Shown here in pieces: positions 38,729-51,699 of a DNA stretch of 64,000 nucleotides. The notes under the pieces were generated by a model. It saw nothing but the letters and a program-made list of their open reading frames with translations, did not search any database and was not told the DNA's origin. Numbering within the stretch: position 1 is the stretch's first letter; each line of letters begins with the position of its first letter. Location: contig CM022670.1 in assembly GCA_012295275.1 (NCBI GenBank), positions 33,852,001-33,916,000 of the forward strand. Direction: 5' to 3'. Made by a program: the position numbers and the translations under genes. The DNA comes from Chrysomallon squamiferum (taxonomy: Eukaryota > Animalia > Mollusca).

Positions 38729-41081
38729 AAGGTGTAATTATTTTTAATTTTAGACAATGATTGAGAAACAGATGCTATCCCAGAAACTCCAGATGCTGAA
38801 AATAAAATTACAACCCCCTCCTCCAAACAAAAAACGCCTTTGCATCTTACATATCTAAGTTCAGAATGTTTATTTATTTAAAGTCTTTGATGCTTGGTTT
38901 TATAAAATAGCTCAGTAAAGAAGCAGGTAATTTTTTAGTTCTTTTCCCTAAGAATATTTGTGCTGTAATTATGTAGCACCATTTAAGGACCATATAGCTT
39001 ATTTTTATTTTTTATTTCTATTTTTATTTTTTATTTTTCTCTTTTATTATTTTTTATTAGTATTTATTAGCTGTTTTTGTTGGGGGTTCTTTCTGTATTT
39101 TTCTACCATTTAACAAAAATTCTCTCTTTTTTTGTTTTTGTACTTAACTATAAAGTATCATTTGATTAATAAACATGTTTTACTTATTCGTAGTTGTTTT
39201 GAACTTTGTTGGAAAAGAAAAGTAGAAAAGAAAAAAAAAGAAAAAATTTAATTCTTTGCTGAGTGTTTCACATGATGTCTCTGTATTGTTCCAGATCTTG
39301 TTTATCTAAGGATGTAATCTGTTTCAATTCTACAAACTGACAAGTTTCATCTGACATCTTGATGGTCTCAAATGAATTAATAATTCCTTAATTTTAAGTA
39401 AGGTGTGTTTGGAAATGTTCATTTTCATGTTAATTTATTCATTAAGCCCATCAATAAGAACTGATAATATATTTTTTAGCTCTTATCCTAAAGCTGTTAG
39501 CTTATTGGTCACTTCTGTTTATAATCGCTGCCGCAATGTATAAACATTATGACACCTTTTATGTTTATGAGATTGTGCACACAAAATATTTCATGCTGCT
39601 AAATATCCTACATTTGTCAAGAATTTAATCATGTTCAGTTTTATTAACATTTTGTTTTAATAAACATTAAAAATAAAATAAGTGAAAACAAAATAATTAA
39701 TTTATATAGGAAACACTAACTTATAATTAACAATTTATTAATTATTTAATTGTTAATCAGAAAAAACTGTCTAAAAATATGAAATTAATCAAAATAAAGT
39801 GCCTTGTTATACAAGATGTATTATCTCTCTTTCTTTGTTCTTCCAACTGTTTACATTATTTGTAAACACAAAAGCTAAATAATATTATGAAAGAAAATTT
39901 AAAAACTATTAATAGTTTCTGCGAAAAGCTCTCAGTATGAGAATCATGTTCTCAGGAATTATTTATTTGACTGGTTTCCCCAGAAAAATGTTAAATATCA
40001 ATAACGATCTCCGAAAACCAGTCCAACTACTTTTATGATGTGGGTTTCCAAAAATAGAATCGAAATCGAAACTAGAAAACCATTAAAAATATTTAAGTTT
40101 TACATTCTTTCCGCTGACAAGCCCAAGTAAGCTAAGTCTGTTTTACATAAGCTTTTCTGTTAAAAGATACACAATTATAAGTCGTTAGTCATTATTAAAT
40201 GCTTCCATGTTTGCGATCATTTGAATAATTTCGATGTACTCGATTTATTTATCTAATTTCCGTATTCATTTTTGTACGCATTATTTATACACATAAAGGA
40301 GATATTTAGTCTTAATGTGAAAATATCACCCAGCCTTCATAAATATTTGTCATACATATTAAATTTATTCATGCAGCTACTTTATTGCCATTAAATGCTG
40401 TAATACAGCAGAAATAATTAAATATAAAATATTTTAAAAATAACAAATGTTTAAAAACAAAATAAATAAAGACAAATAAACTAGAGGACATTCACTGATA
40501 TTCAAAGCAATTTTATAACTTTAAATATTGTTGCAAAATATTTGGAGCAATGCTTATCTCATTCTTATTTATTTTATTTAGCGGTGCAAAGATAAAATCA
40601 AAGTTTTCTGTAAAACATAAATAATTATGTATAACTTATCGAATTATTTCAGATATTAATAAATAAATGTTAATGGTGTGAATAAATCAATGATTTGAGA
40701 TAATATTTTGTATAAAATACGAAAGTTTGAAGGAAAGAAATTTAATCTGAAGAATATTTGTGAAGGTGGATAATCTAAATTTCATAAATGGAAGGGGATT
40801 ATATACCATGTCCAAATTACATTCCACTTGGTGCTCATCCTGTTCAATTGGTAATGTCAACAAGATATTTTTGTCTTTAATCAGTTTTTATTAAGTGAAG
40901 CCAAGGCTGATATCATAATGGGAACATGTGAACCAGTTAGATTCAAATATTAAACATTTCACCAGAATACATCTAAATTAATTTTAAAAGTCACTGAAAT
41001 AAACACATATTTAACATTACTATCTACAAATATGATATATAATTCTCATCATACAAATACATATTTTCTTCATGATTTTTA

Positions 41082-41134
<53 letters not shown>

Positions 41135-41627
41135 TAATTAATTAATTAATATTATGTACATTATTACATTAACATTTAGTCTGAATATTTTTAAAATATT
41201 CATATATTTTTGTTGTTGTTTTTTTGACTGGATGTTTTAGCCATAATTTCATAATGTATAGTTCTCCAAAGATGTCATACTGTATTTTGTTAAATTAAAA
41301 CTTTGACTGTTAACAAATTTACTGACTTTAGAAAAAAGCAGCAACAGAAACAAAAATGTATAAAATATAACGAAAACGAAAATATATAACTTTTAATAAA
41401 GATAGAGATTAAGAATTATCCGAACCTAAATGGCTGTAAATGGAGAATTTAAGGTAAGAGTATAAATAGTATTTTTAAACGAAATGGAAGGCATTTGGTG
41501 GAATGTGTTATTTCTTTATTCCTACGTTGCAGAAAACATATAATTGGCAAAACTGGCAAGTCAGAAAATTGTCTTTAACACATTTAAATGAACTGTTTAT
41601 TTTGAAAAGGAAAAATTATAAACCTAC

Positions 41628-42176
41628 ATGGAGCCAGAACACAAAGAAAAGAATGAAATGTCTGGGGTTCAAGAAAGTAAGCAAAATAAATTAATATTAT
41701 AATAATAATTATTATTATTTTATTTTTTTTTATTTTTGTTATGTTTTCACATAATATTTATGCAGAATTAATAATGATAGATTTTAAACATATTTCTTGA
41801 GTTTTTATGAAGCATCTTTAAATAATAAAAAAAATAATAAAAATTGTAAATACTCTATTGTGTATGTCACTGTCTTTTCTAAAATCATCTGCGTGGTTTG
41901 TTGTTTTGGGGTTTTGTTTGGTTTTCGTTATTTTTTCTGACTTATTTCTTTCTTTTTGTTGTTGATGTTGTTTGATTATATGTGTGTGTGTGCGTGTGAT
42001 ACCAAGACTAAAAGATAATTCAGTTATTTTCTGGTTGTAGTACAAATAGATTTTACTGAAGAAGCTGAGAAAGAAGTTGATCTAGCACAACCCTATACTA
42101 ATAAAGCAAATGAATTAGAGGATCAAAGAGAAACAGGTGTAAATAATACAATAAATGTTTTTAATCATTTGTTTTC

Positions 42177-42213
<37 letters not shown>

Positions 42214-44473
42214 CTTTTCAATTTACACCAAGTTTTTTTAGCAGCAGATAATTTAGTAAAATTAATGATAAATGAGAAATTTATTTTAAAAAATTGATAC
42301 AAGCTTGTTTAATTAAGTGTGTATTTTACTTTGATTTACCCATTTAAAATTTATGTGAGAATTCTGCAATATTAACAAGTCTTCATTACCATATGCTGGA
42401 AAACAATTTTAGATATAAAACATTAACTGAAATTACTGACTTCCAGCTTGGTTTGCTTCTTCTCCTTGGATCTTTCTTTTATAACATCTACTTGAACTCT
42501 TTGACATAAAACTATAACTGAAATTACTGAGTTTTATTTCTGGGTCACTGAACTAAAGGTCAGCATTAAATTTACTGAATTACAAGATCATTCATTCTCC
42601 TGGGATTACTAGTGTCTTACCACTGTTATTTAAGAAATTGAAAAAAGAATTTAAAAAAAAGAAATAGGAAAAAGAAAAGCTTTGTTAATTGCTTTTGAGA
42701 TATAATTCAAAGAAGATAGCACCTTTTATTTTGTGGTCTTTGGTGAACCAATATATACTTTATTTTATACCCTTTCATTTATTACATTATTAATAAATTA
42801 TTTAATATTAATATAGATGAAAGAAAGAGATGTGACGCAGGAGACACTGAAGAAAATAGACCACACAGTTGTGATGGAGCTGTTGGAGCGATTATAGCAG
42901 GCGGTGACATTGTCAACAATACAATTACTGTACAAAATAATATAGGTTTGAACATAATTTCTATTAAATGAATAGTTGCATATTTAATCAATAAACTATT
43001 TTACTGTCTTAACGGTAAGATTTATTAGTAATTTGTTGAATTGCTGTTTCCTATTTTAAGTAAATATTTTCAATAATTATTAATACTAAATGATTTTATT
43101 CTTAAAAGGTTTAATGCAGTCAATTAATTCATTCAAAATGAAATTTACAGTATTCACGTGTATACTTATCTAGCTTTGTGTAACACACACACACACACAC
43201 ACAATAAGAATTGGTTTCATGGCTACCTCTGTCTGACAGCTTCCTGCCTATAACAGCCATACTGTATTTTATTATGGGTTTGAACTCTGTGCCATCAAGT
43301 TCTGGGTGGTTCCTTGAGTGGCTGTCACTGACAGGCTTGATCTGTGTATGAAAAATAAGTTTTATAATGGTAATTCGTTTTAGGTATAAGCTACCTACCA
43401 CAGATTCTGTCAGGTTCTGGAACAGGAAATTAGGCCGGGGAGAGCACCAAGGAGTATTTGTAATATTAAAATATGCCACACAAATTCAGTTGATTCATTC
43501 CGAATTCCAGCTTTATCACTCTTTATTTGTTGGCATTTAGTAAATGTTTTATCTGTTCCTTTTAAACAATATTTTGTGTATTTTCAGAATATGGTGATGA
43601 CAGAAAATCGAGTATTCTTAAATCCAAGAAGAAAAAGAAAGCTGATGAAAAGCAGTTAGGTGTGTTTTTAAATTCAGTCTTATTTAATTAATTATAGGCA
43701 TACATAAATCCATTTGAATAATATTTTACTGGATTAGGTTTTTGAAAAATAAACACATCTGTATGTTTATTTCTTTTGGAAGTTTGTTATTTTCTGACAT
43801 GATTAAATGACAGATTGTTTTCCTTTTTAATCTGGAGAAAGCTTGTAATAAAATTAAAATTAAATTAATTTGAACATTATTTGTCTTTCATAGTTCATAA
43901 AAAAAAAAAAAAAATAGTAACGTTAATAAATATTGGATTGGAACAAAAATGTATAACATATTTTAACTAAAATTCAAAGACACTATTCAGTTATGTCTGA
44001 TATGTGATCAGAACTCGAAAGCCACCTGTTGCAAAAAAAAAAAGAAAAAAAAAAAAAAAAAAAAAAAAAGGAGAAACAAATTACAGTATTTTTTGTTCGA
44101 ACCTGATAAATTAATAAACATTTAAAAACTAGTTTGAACATTATTTGTGTTTAATTTACACTGCAAAAATGTAATTAGTCTGAATATTATTTATAGTTTT
44201 ATAATTGAAAAAACAACAACAACAAAAAAACAGACTAAACAATATTTTTCTTCAAATGTTCTTTCAGTTGTGACTGACTTAACAGTAAGCCAGCTAACTG
44301 ATCTACTGAAAAACGATAAATTTATGGATACAACCATAACGAAAATTGAAGAGAGAGGTATTGATGGAAATACTCTGAAACACATAGTGCAGGATGAAAA
44401 AGCACTGAGTGAAATAACTTGTGATGCCATTGACAAAAGCAAACTAAAAGCATTAGTCAATAAAAAGAAATAA
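41628..44473 (+). CDS. Copy F: 5-exon paralog (exon 3 deleted), 183 aa, RHIM-like + SAM-like
   Basis: Exons are 41628-41676, 42041-42136, 42817-42945 (…SCDGAVGAIIAGGDIVNNTITVQNNI), 43588-43659 and 44268-44473. GT-AG, phase 1, 552 nt open. Only a remnant of exon 3 survives near 42240-42270. Confidence 0.8.
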
Positions 44474-45141
44474 TTTTTTTTATTTTATTATTATTATTAT
44501 TTTTTTTTTACCATTATGTGATATGTACATGTATTTGGAAAGAAACAATTTATCTACCAAGCTTTGAACAGCGGATAAATATTTAATCAGGAAATACCTG
44601 GTTGAAACTTTGAAATAACCCAAAAGACTTTATCTATTAATATATTATTCCATTTCTTAATAAATGTGTGTTTTTGTAAACATTTTATTACTTTTTGCTT
44701 TAAATGTTAGTTTTACTTTATTTCATTCTGTTGTAAATATCATTTTTGTTTCTCTCTTTCTTTAATTTTTAAGTTATTTTTGTTTTATTAATATGCAACA
44801 ATAAAGTTTATAATTTTTGTTCAGCAATTCATATGAATTATAACTGAGTGCATAATATTAAAAATTAAAATTGATATTTTTTTTAACTATATATTTTATA
44901 ATGTTACAAAAGGCAAGTATTTAAATAATGTATATTTTTTTTTATAGCTTTGACTAAAACAAAGACTGACACTTAATATATATTTACAGTAACAATTTCT
45001 GTCTAGGACATAATACACGATTGTCTTATTTTCTTTTATAGTATATTTAATGGAAAAATGTTTGTTTTTTTATCCTTTTATTGATGTTTAATACAAAAAT
45101 CTCTCATTTTAATAAATTACAATATATAAATAAATAAATAA

Positions 45142-45174
<33 letters not shown>

Positions 45175-48120
45175 TGAAAGAGATGCTCATCGACAAACTC
45201 CAGATGGTGACAACCACGTAACAGATGAAAATGTATGTCTATTTCATAATGTTACAGAAGGCCAAACAACAGCTTCAAATTGCAACAGCTGTGAAGATTT
45301 AAAATTAGTAGTAGCAGTGGAGAAAATGAAGCGATTGTGAGTAACAATCCTAATCTTTTATTGTAAAACAAATAATAATAATTAAAAAAAAAAACAGTTT
45401 AGCACTTTACGTATAAGATAATCTTATTTCAGAATGTGTATTTATTTGTTTTTGATGCATGGGTTTATAAAATAGCTCAGTAAAGAGGCAGGTAATTTTT
45501 TTTTTTTTTTTTTTTTTTCTCTGTGCTGAATATTTGTGCTGTGATTGTAATCTCAGATTTTTGTTTGTTTTCATGATATACACACAACAAGATTGACCAA
45601 CACCATTCAAGAACGATATTTTCTTTTATGCTATGGCTTATTTTTACTTTTTTATTTTTATTTTATTTTATTTTGTTCCTTTTTTATTAATATTATTTAA
45701 TAGTTTTTTTTCTACCATTTAAAATGTTTACGCTCAGTAATATTTATTATCATTTGATTCCATGTGGCTGAGTCAAGTGAAACTGACATTATATTAAAAT
45801 AGAGAGAATATAATGGAAAACCTATTATTAAGTTATAATTGTATTTGTAAAAGTTCAGTGGGAAATTTGCATTTTAGGCTAAAAACGACAATGGAGATTT
45901 TATTTTGATTATTTTATTTTTTTCAGCAACTGAATCCACAATCGCAAGAATTGAACCTGTATAAACAAAAGAAGACAACCAAGTTGTTTCTGCAAGAAAA
46001 ACACTATCTGCACCAATTTTTGTCTTTAAACTCACATTTTATTTATGTAATTGTATTGATAGCTGAACCTGTCTTGTTTTTCTATAGTGGTTGTGATATC
46101 TTATTGTTTGTGAGGTGGTTTATTTGTTTTTTGATTTTCTTTTTCTTTTCTTTTTTCTTTTTTTGTATCATTTGATTAATAAATATGTTTTATTTATTCG
46201 TAGTTGTTTTGTTTGTTTTTGTTGTTTTCAACTTTGTTTGAAAATAAAATTAGAAAAGAAAAATAATTTTAAAAATGTAAATCTTTGCTCAGTGTTTCAC
46301 ATTATCTCTCTACAATTGTTCCAGATCTTTTTGTAATCTGGATGTAATCTCTGTGAATTCTTCAAATTGACAAATTTCATTCGACATTATAATGGTCTTA
46401 AATGAGTTTATAATTCCTTAATTTTAACTAAGGTTTACTAGGAAATGTTCATTTTCATATTAATTTATTCATTAAGTCCATTAATCAGCAATGATTTATT
46501 TCTTTACCTCTTAACCTAAAGCTATTACCCTATTGGTTACTTCTGGTTATAATCACTACCTCAGAACTAATTTATAAAAATCATAACACCTTTTAAGTTT
46601 ATGAGAAGGTGCACTAGAAACATTTCTTGCTGCTGAGTATCCTAAGTTTGTCAAGAATTTAATCAGTTGTAGTTTTGTTACCGTTTTGTTTTAATAAACA
46701 TTAAAAATAAAAATAAGTAAACAATTTATTCATATTGAAACTAATTTAGATTAAACAATTATTTAATTTGTGATCAGAATATGAAAGGACATTACATTTA
46801 ACACAGGAATATAGATAAAGCATCATGTTATATAAGATGTATTATCTTTCCTTTTTTCTTGTGTTTTTTTACTTCTAATTTTTTACGTTATTTGTGAAAT
46901 CACAAAAGCTAAAGAAAACTAAAAACCATTAACAGTTTCTGCGAAAACCTCCGAATATGAAAATTATGTTTTCCGGAATTATTTATTTGACTGGTATCCC
47001 CACAAAATGTTAAATATAAATCACAATCTCCGATAACCAGTCCAACTATTTTATTCGTTCTTTTCCGTCATGTTCGTTTCCAAAAATAACATTGATATCG
47101 AAACTAGAAAAACCATTAAAAATACTTAAAAATTTTATATTCTTTCCTATGGAAAAAAGATGTGGAAAAATTGGTTTATCTGACAAGCCAAAGTGAGCTA
47201 AGTCTGTTTTAAATAAACTTTTCAGTAAAAAAACAAGCAAATAACCGATGTACTCGATCTATTTATCTAATTTCCGTATTCATTTTAGTATTGATGTTAC
47301 AACATTATTTATACCCATAATGGAGATATTTAGTCATAAAGTTAAAATATCACCCAGCCTTAGTAAAAATTTCTCATAAGACATATTAAGTTCATTCATG
47401 CAGATACTTTATTGCCATTAAATCCTGTAACACAGCAGCAATAATTAAATATAAAATGTTTAAACAAACAATAAATATTTTAAAACAAATTAAACAAAAG
47501 CAAATAAACTAGAGAACATTCAGTGACATTCAAAGAATTTTTCATAACTTTAATTATTGTTGCAAAATATTTGGAGCTATGCCTATCTCATTCTTATATA
47601 TTACTGTATTTACTGGTGCAAAGATAAACTCAAACTTATGCTGCAAACATAAATAATTATGTATAACTTACTGAATTATTTCAGATATTAATAAATAAAT
47701 GTTAATGTTGTGAATAAAATCAGTGAACTGAGATAACATTTTGTACAAAATACGAATGTTAACAAATTTTGATTGTTAACACAAATTTCCAGACTTTAGA
47801 AAACAGCAGCAACAAAAACAAAAATAAATAAATTGAAATAGAAATGAAAATATATAACTTAACAGTAAGTTCAATTGATAGAGATTAAGAATTATCCAAA
47901 ACCGACTGAATGTAAATAGATAATTTAAGGTATGATTATAAATAGTATGTTTAAACAAAATGGATGACATTAGGTGAAATGTGTTATTTCTTTATTTCTA
48001 CATTGCAGAAAACATATCATTGGCAAAACTGGCAAGTCAGAAAATTGTCTTTAACACATTTAAATGAACTGTTTATTTTCAAGAGGAAAAATATTTAAAC
48101 TAACTAAAGACACATACTAC

Positions 48121-48640
48121 ATGGAGTCAGAACTAAGTGAAAAGAGTAATGTATCTGGGGTTCAAGAAAGTAAGTAAAATAAATTGAAATTATTAATTTT
48201 TATTTGTTGTTATTTATTTGCTAATTGGGTGGGGTTTTTCTATTTTATTTGAATTTTTATCATGCATCCTAAAAATAATAATTAAAAAAAAAACAAATAA
48301 AAAATTGGAAATACTCTGTTGTGTGTGTTATCTGCCTTATCTAAAATCATCTGCAGGGTTTTTTGTTGGTTTGTTTTTCTTTATTTTTTTGTTTGGTAGA
48401 TTATATGTATTTTTGTGATTTGTTAGGTCTATCTAAATACACACACATACAGTCAGACAGACAGAAATAGAGTCTGACATAGTCCAAAAGTAGTGACTTA
48501 ATGCCACCAAAGGAATCAAAAGAAAAGTTTTTGAGCTTCATTTAGATCTTTTTTCCTGTTATTTACAAAATGATTAACCATTGCCCTATGTATGTGTGTG
48601 TATATTTGCACTTACAGATGAGTCCGTGTGTGTGTGTGTA

Positions 48641-48686
<46 letters not shown>

Positions 48687-50772
48687 ATAAAGAGACTAAA
48701 ACATATTTCAATTCTTTTCTGTTGTAGCACAAAAAATGGGTGGATCATCAGATCTAGCTATACCAGAAACTGGTTTCACCAAGATAGATTTTACTGCAGA
48801 ATCTGAGATAGATGATAATCTAGAACAACCCTTCACTGATCTAGGAAATGAATTAGAGGAACAATGTGAAACAGGTAAAAATAATACAATAAATGTTCTT
48901 ATAATCTGTATTTAATGATTTGTTTTCAATTTTTTTTTTTTCAATTTACACATAGTTTATATTATAAACTGCATTCAGAAAAACAAGAAATGTTTATTTT
49001 CTTCTAGGCCAGGTTAATCAAAATATGAAAGGTTCACCAGATGTGGTCACATCAGAACATTACGCTGATGAAACTAAGACGGAAGATGATAAAGCAGAAC
49101 TTGAAATTGAAACAGCAGCGAATTTAGAAAAAGATATTGATAAAGGTGAAAGTAATAAAAGTTTTCTTAATTTGAAGTATTTCTTGCACAAGTTGTCTAA
49201 ATGTGTATATTTTACCTTGATTCACCCAAAATGCAAAATTTCAGTAATATTAACAAACAATCATTACCACATACTGGAAAACAATTTTAGACATAAAACA
49301 TTAACTGAAATTATTGTGGTCAGTGAACTGAAGGTCAACACTGAGTTTATTGAATTACAAAATAATTTATTCCACCGGGATTATTTCAGTGTGTTGCCAC
49401 TCTTATTTTAAAAAAAAGAAAGAAAAAAGATTTAAAAAATGCTTTGTTAATTGCTGCTGCAATATAATAATAAGATGGTACCATCTTTTATTTTGTGGCT
49501 TTTGGCTGAACAAATATATACTTTCATTTATATTCCTTCGTTTATTATTTAATATTATTTAATATTAATATAGATGAAAGAAAGACAGGTGATACTGGAG
49601 GTAGTGAAGAAAGGATAATTAGACCTGTCAATCTGGAAGGAGCATTTGCAGTGGTTGCTGCAGGTCGTGACAGCTACAACAACACAATTACTATAGGTTT
49701 GAACATTATTTCTACTGAATGAATGGTTGCATATTTAATCAATGAAATGTTTTTATTGAATATCAGCAAGGGATAGTTTACATGAGTCTCCCCACTTGAC
49801 AGGAGTGTACATACCAGTGCTTTTTATACCCTGTTTTTTAATCTGTGTTTTAACAGTAACATTCATTACTAATTAGTTTTTTGATGGGTTTTTTAAGTAA
49901 ATTTATTGATTAATTATTAATATTAAATGATTTTATTCTTAAAAGCTTTACTGCAGTTAACTGATTAATTGATAGCCAAATTTATATTATTCAGATGTAT
50001 ACTAATCTATCTATCTGTATATAACATACACCTATACAACCATACACACACAGTCAGACTTCTTGTCCTGGCCATCTTCTCCTGCCTATAACAGCCATAT
50101 TGTATTTTATTAAGGGTTTTAGCTCTATGGCATCCACTTATGAGTGGTTCCTTGAGTGGCCATTATTAACAGGCTTGATCTGCGTATGAAAAATAAGTTT
50201 TATAATGGTAGATAATTTTAGGTATAAGCCACCTACCACAAATTCTGTCAGTGTCTGGAACAGGAAATTAGTCCAATGAGAGCACCAAGGAGTATTTGTA
50301 ATATTAAAATATGCCACACAAATTCAGTTGATCCATTCCGAATTCCAGCTTTATCAATCTTTGTTTGTTGGCATTTAGTAAATGTTTCATCTGTTCCTTT
50401 TAAACAATATTTTGTGTATTTTCAGAACATAATGGTAACAGAATATTGGGTGTTTTTAATACCAAGAATAAACAGAATGCTGGCATCACTCAAGGAGAAC
50501 AACTGAAAGCTGACGAAAAGCAATCAGGTATGTTTTTTTTTTTTTTTTATTTTATTTAAATAATTATAGGCACACATAAATTCATTTGAATAATATTTTA
50601 CTGGATAATGTTTTTAAAAAATAAACATATGTAAGTTTACTTTGTCTGGAATTTGTTATTTTCTGACATAATTAAATGATTGATCGTTTTGTTTTTTAAT
50701 CCGGAGCAAGGTTGTTATTACTGCTTGTACTATTAAAACAAAATTAATTTGTCTTTCATTGTTTATACAAAA

Positions 50773-50842
<70 letters not shown>

Positions 50843-51317
50843 CAACAACAATAATAACAATAAAACTAAAAACAAATGTTTGGGTGGATCAAAAGTTCAT
50901 AACATTTCTTTAACTGAAAGTCAAACACATTATATAATTTTGCACACACATTTATTCCAACATGATAAATTAAAAAAACATTTAAAAATTAGTCTGAACA
51001 TTATTTGTTTTTAGTTTCACTGCAAAACTAAAATTAGTCTGAATATTATTTATTCATTTATAGAGAAAAATAACAGACTAAACAGTATTTTTTCTTCAAA
51101 TGTTCTTTCAGTTGTGGCTGACTTAACAGTAAGCCAGCTAACTGATCTACTGAAAGAACAGATGTTTATGGATACAACCATAAAGAAAATTGAAGAGCGA
51201 GGTATTGATGGAAATACTCTTAAATTCATAGTGCAGGATGAAAAAGCATTGGATGAAATAACTTGTGATGCCATTGACAAAAGCAAACTGAATGCATTAG
51301 TTGATAAAAAAAAATAA
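48121..51317 (+). CDS. Copy G: complete 6-exon gene, 254 aa; acidic N-terminus + RHIM-like motif + C-terminal SAM-like domain
   Basis: Exons are 48121-48169 (MESELSEKSNVSGVQE), 48728-48874, 49008-49145, 49574-49696 (DERKTGDTGGSEERIIRPVNLEGAFAVVAAGRDSYNNTITI), 50426-50527 and 51112-51317 (VADLTVSQLTDLLKEQMFMDTTIKKIEERGIDGNTLKFIVQDEKALDEITCDAIDKSKLNALVDKKK*). All introns are GT-AG and phase 1, giving 765 nt with no internal stop. The last exon fits the SAM pattern (W/L-T-V-x-x-V/L-x-x-x-L ... I-D-G-x-x-L ... L-x-E-L/I ... K-L/I-x-x-x-I/V). An upstream in-frame ATG at 48064 is open only in this copy. Confidence 0.85.
48626..48683. repeat. (GT)n microsatellite in intron 1 of copy G
   Basis: Direct reading. 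Confidence 0.95.
50778..50862. repeat. (AAT)n(AAC)n microsatellite in intron 5 of copy G
   Basis: Direct reading. Confidence 0.95.
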
Positions 51318-51699
51318 ATAACAGAAGGTAATATATAATGAGGAAATACCTGGCTGGAACTCTGAAATAACTCAAAAGACTTTATCTGTTAATATATGAT
51401 TCCATTTGTTAATAAATGTGTGCTTTTCTAAAACGTTTATAATTTTTTGCTTTATGTATAATTTATTTGTATGATTTTTATTCACTAATTTATATGAATT
51501 TTATCTGTCTGCATAATATAAAAAATTAAAATTCATGATTTTGTTTTTAAAATATATATTTTATAATATTATAAAAGGCAAACTTTTAAATAAAGTTTGT
51601 TATATTTTATAGCTTAGACTAAAACAAAGATTGAAACTAAATATATATAATATATACAGTATCAATTTCTGTGCAGGACATAACACATGGTTGTCTTAT

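Larger units (their letters stand above)
28150..41825 (+). repeat. Three near-identical tandem units of ~4.56 kb
   Basis: Homologous ORFs recur at 28166/32730/37294 (period 4564) and 32383/36947/41503 (4564, 4556). Unit junctions lie at ~32710, ~37275 and ~41825. Confidence 0.95.

Noticed and set aside
28150-41825. 4.56-kb repeats as a transposon array, or any CRISPR-like array
   Set aside because: There is no transposase or RT ORF, no LTR or TIR at the unit ends and no short repeat-spacer periodicity. The units are made of host gene exons, and the DNA is eukaryotic.
48563-48806. ORFs rich in HT, CV or I repeats (also 3620-, 12392+, 29524-, 34044-)
   Set aside because: These are translations of microsatellites.
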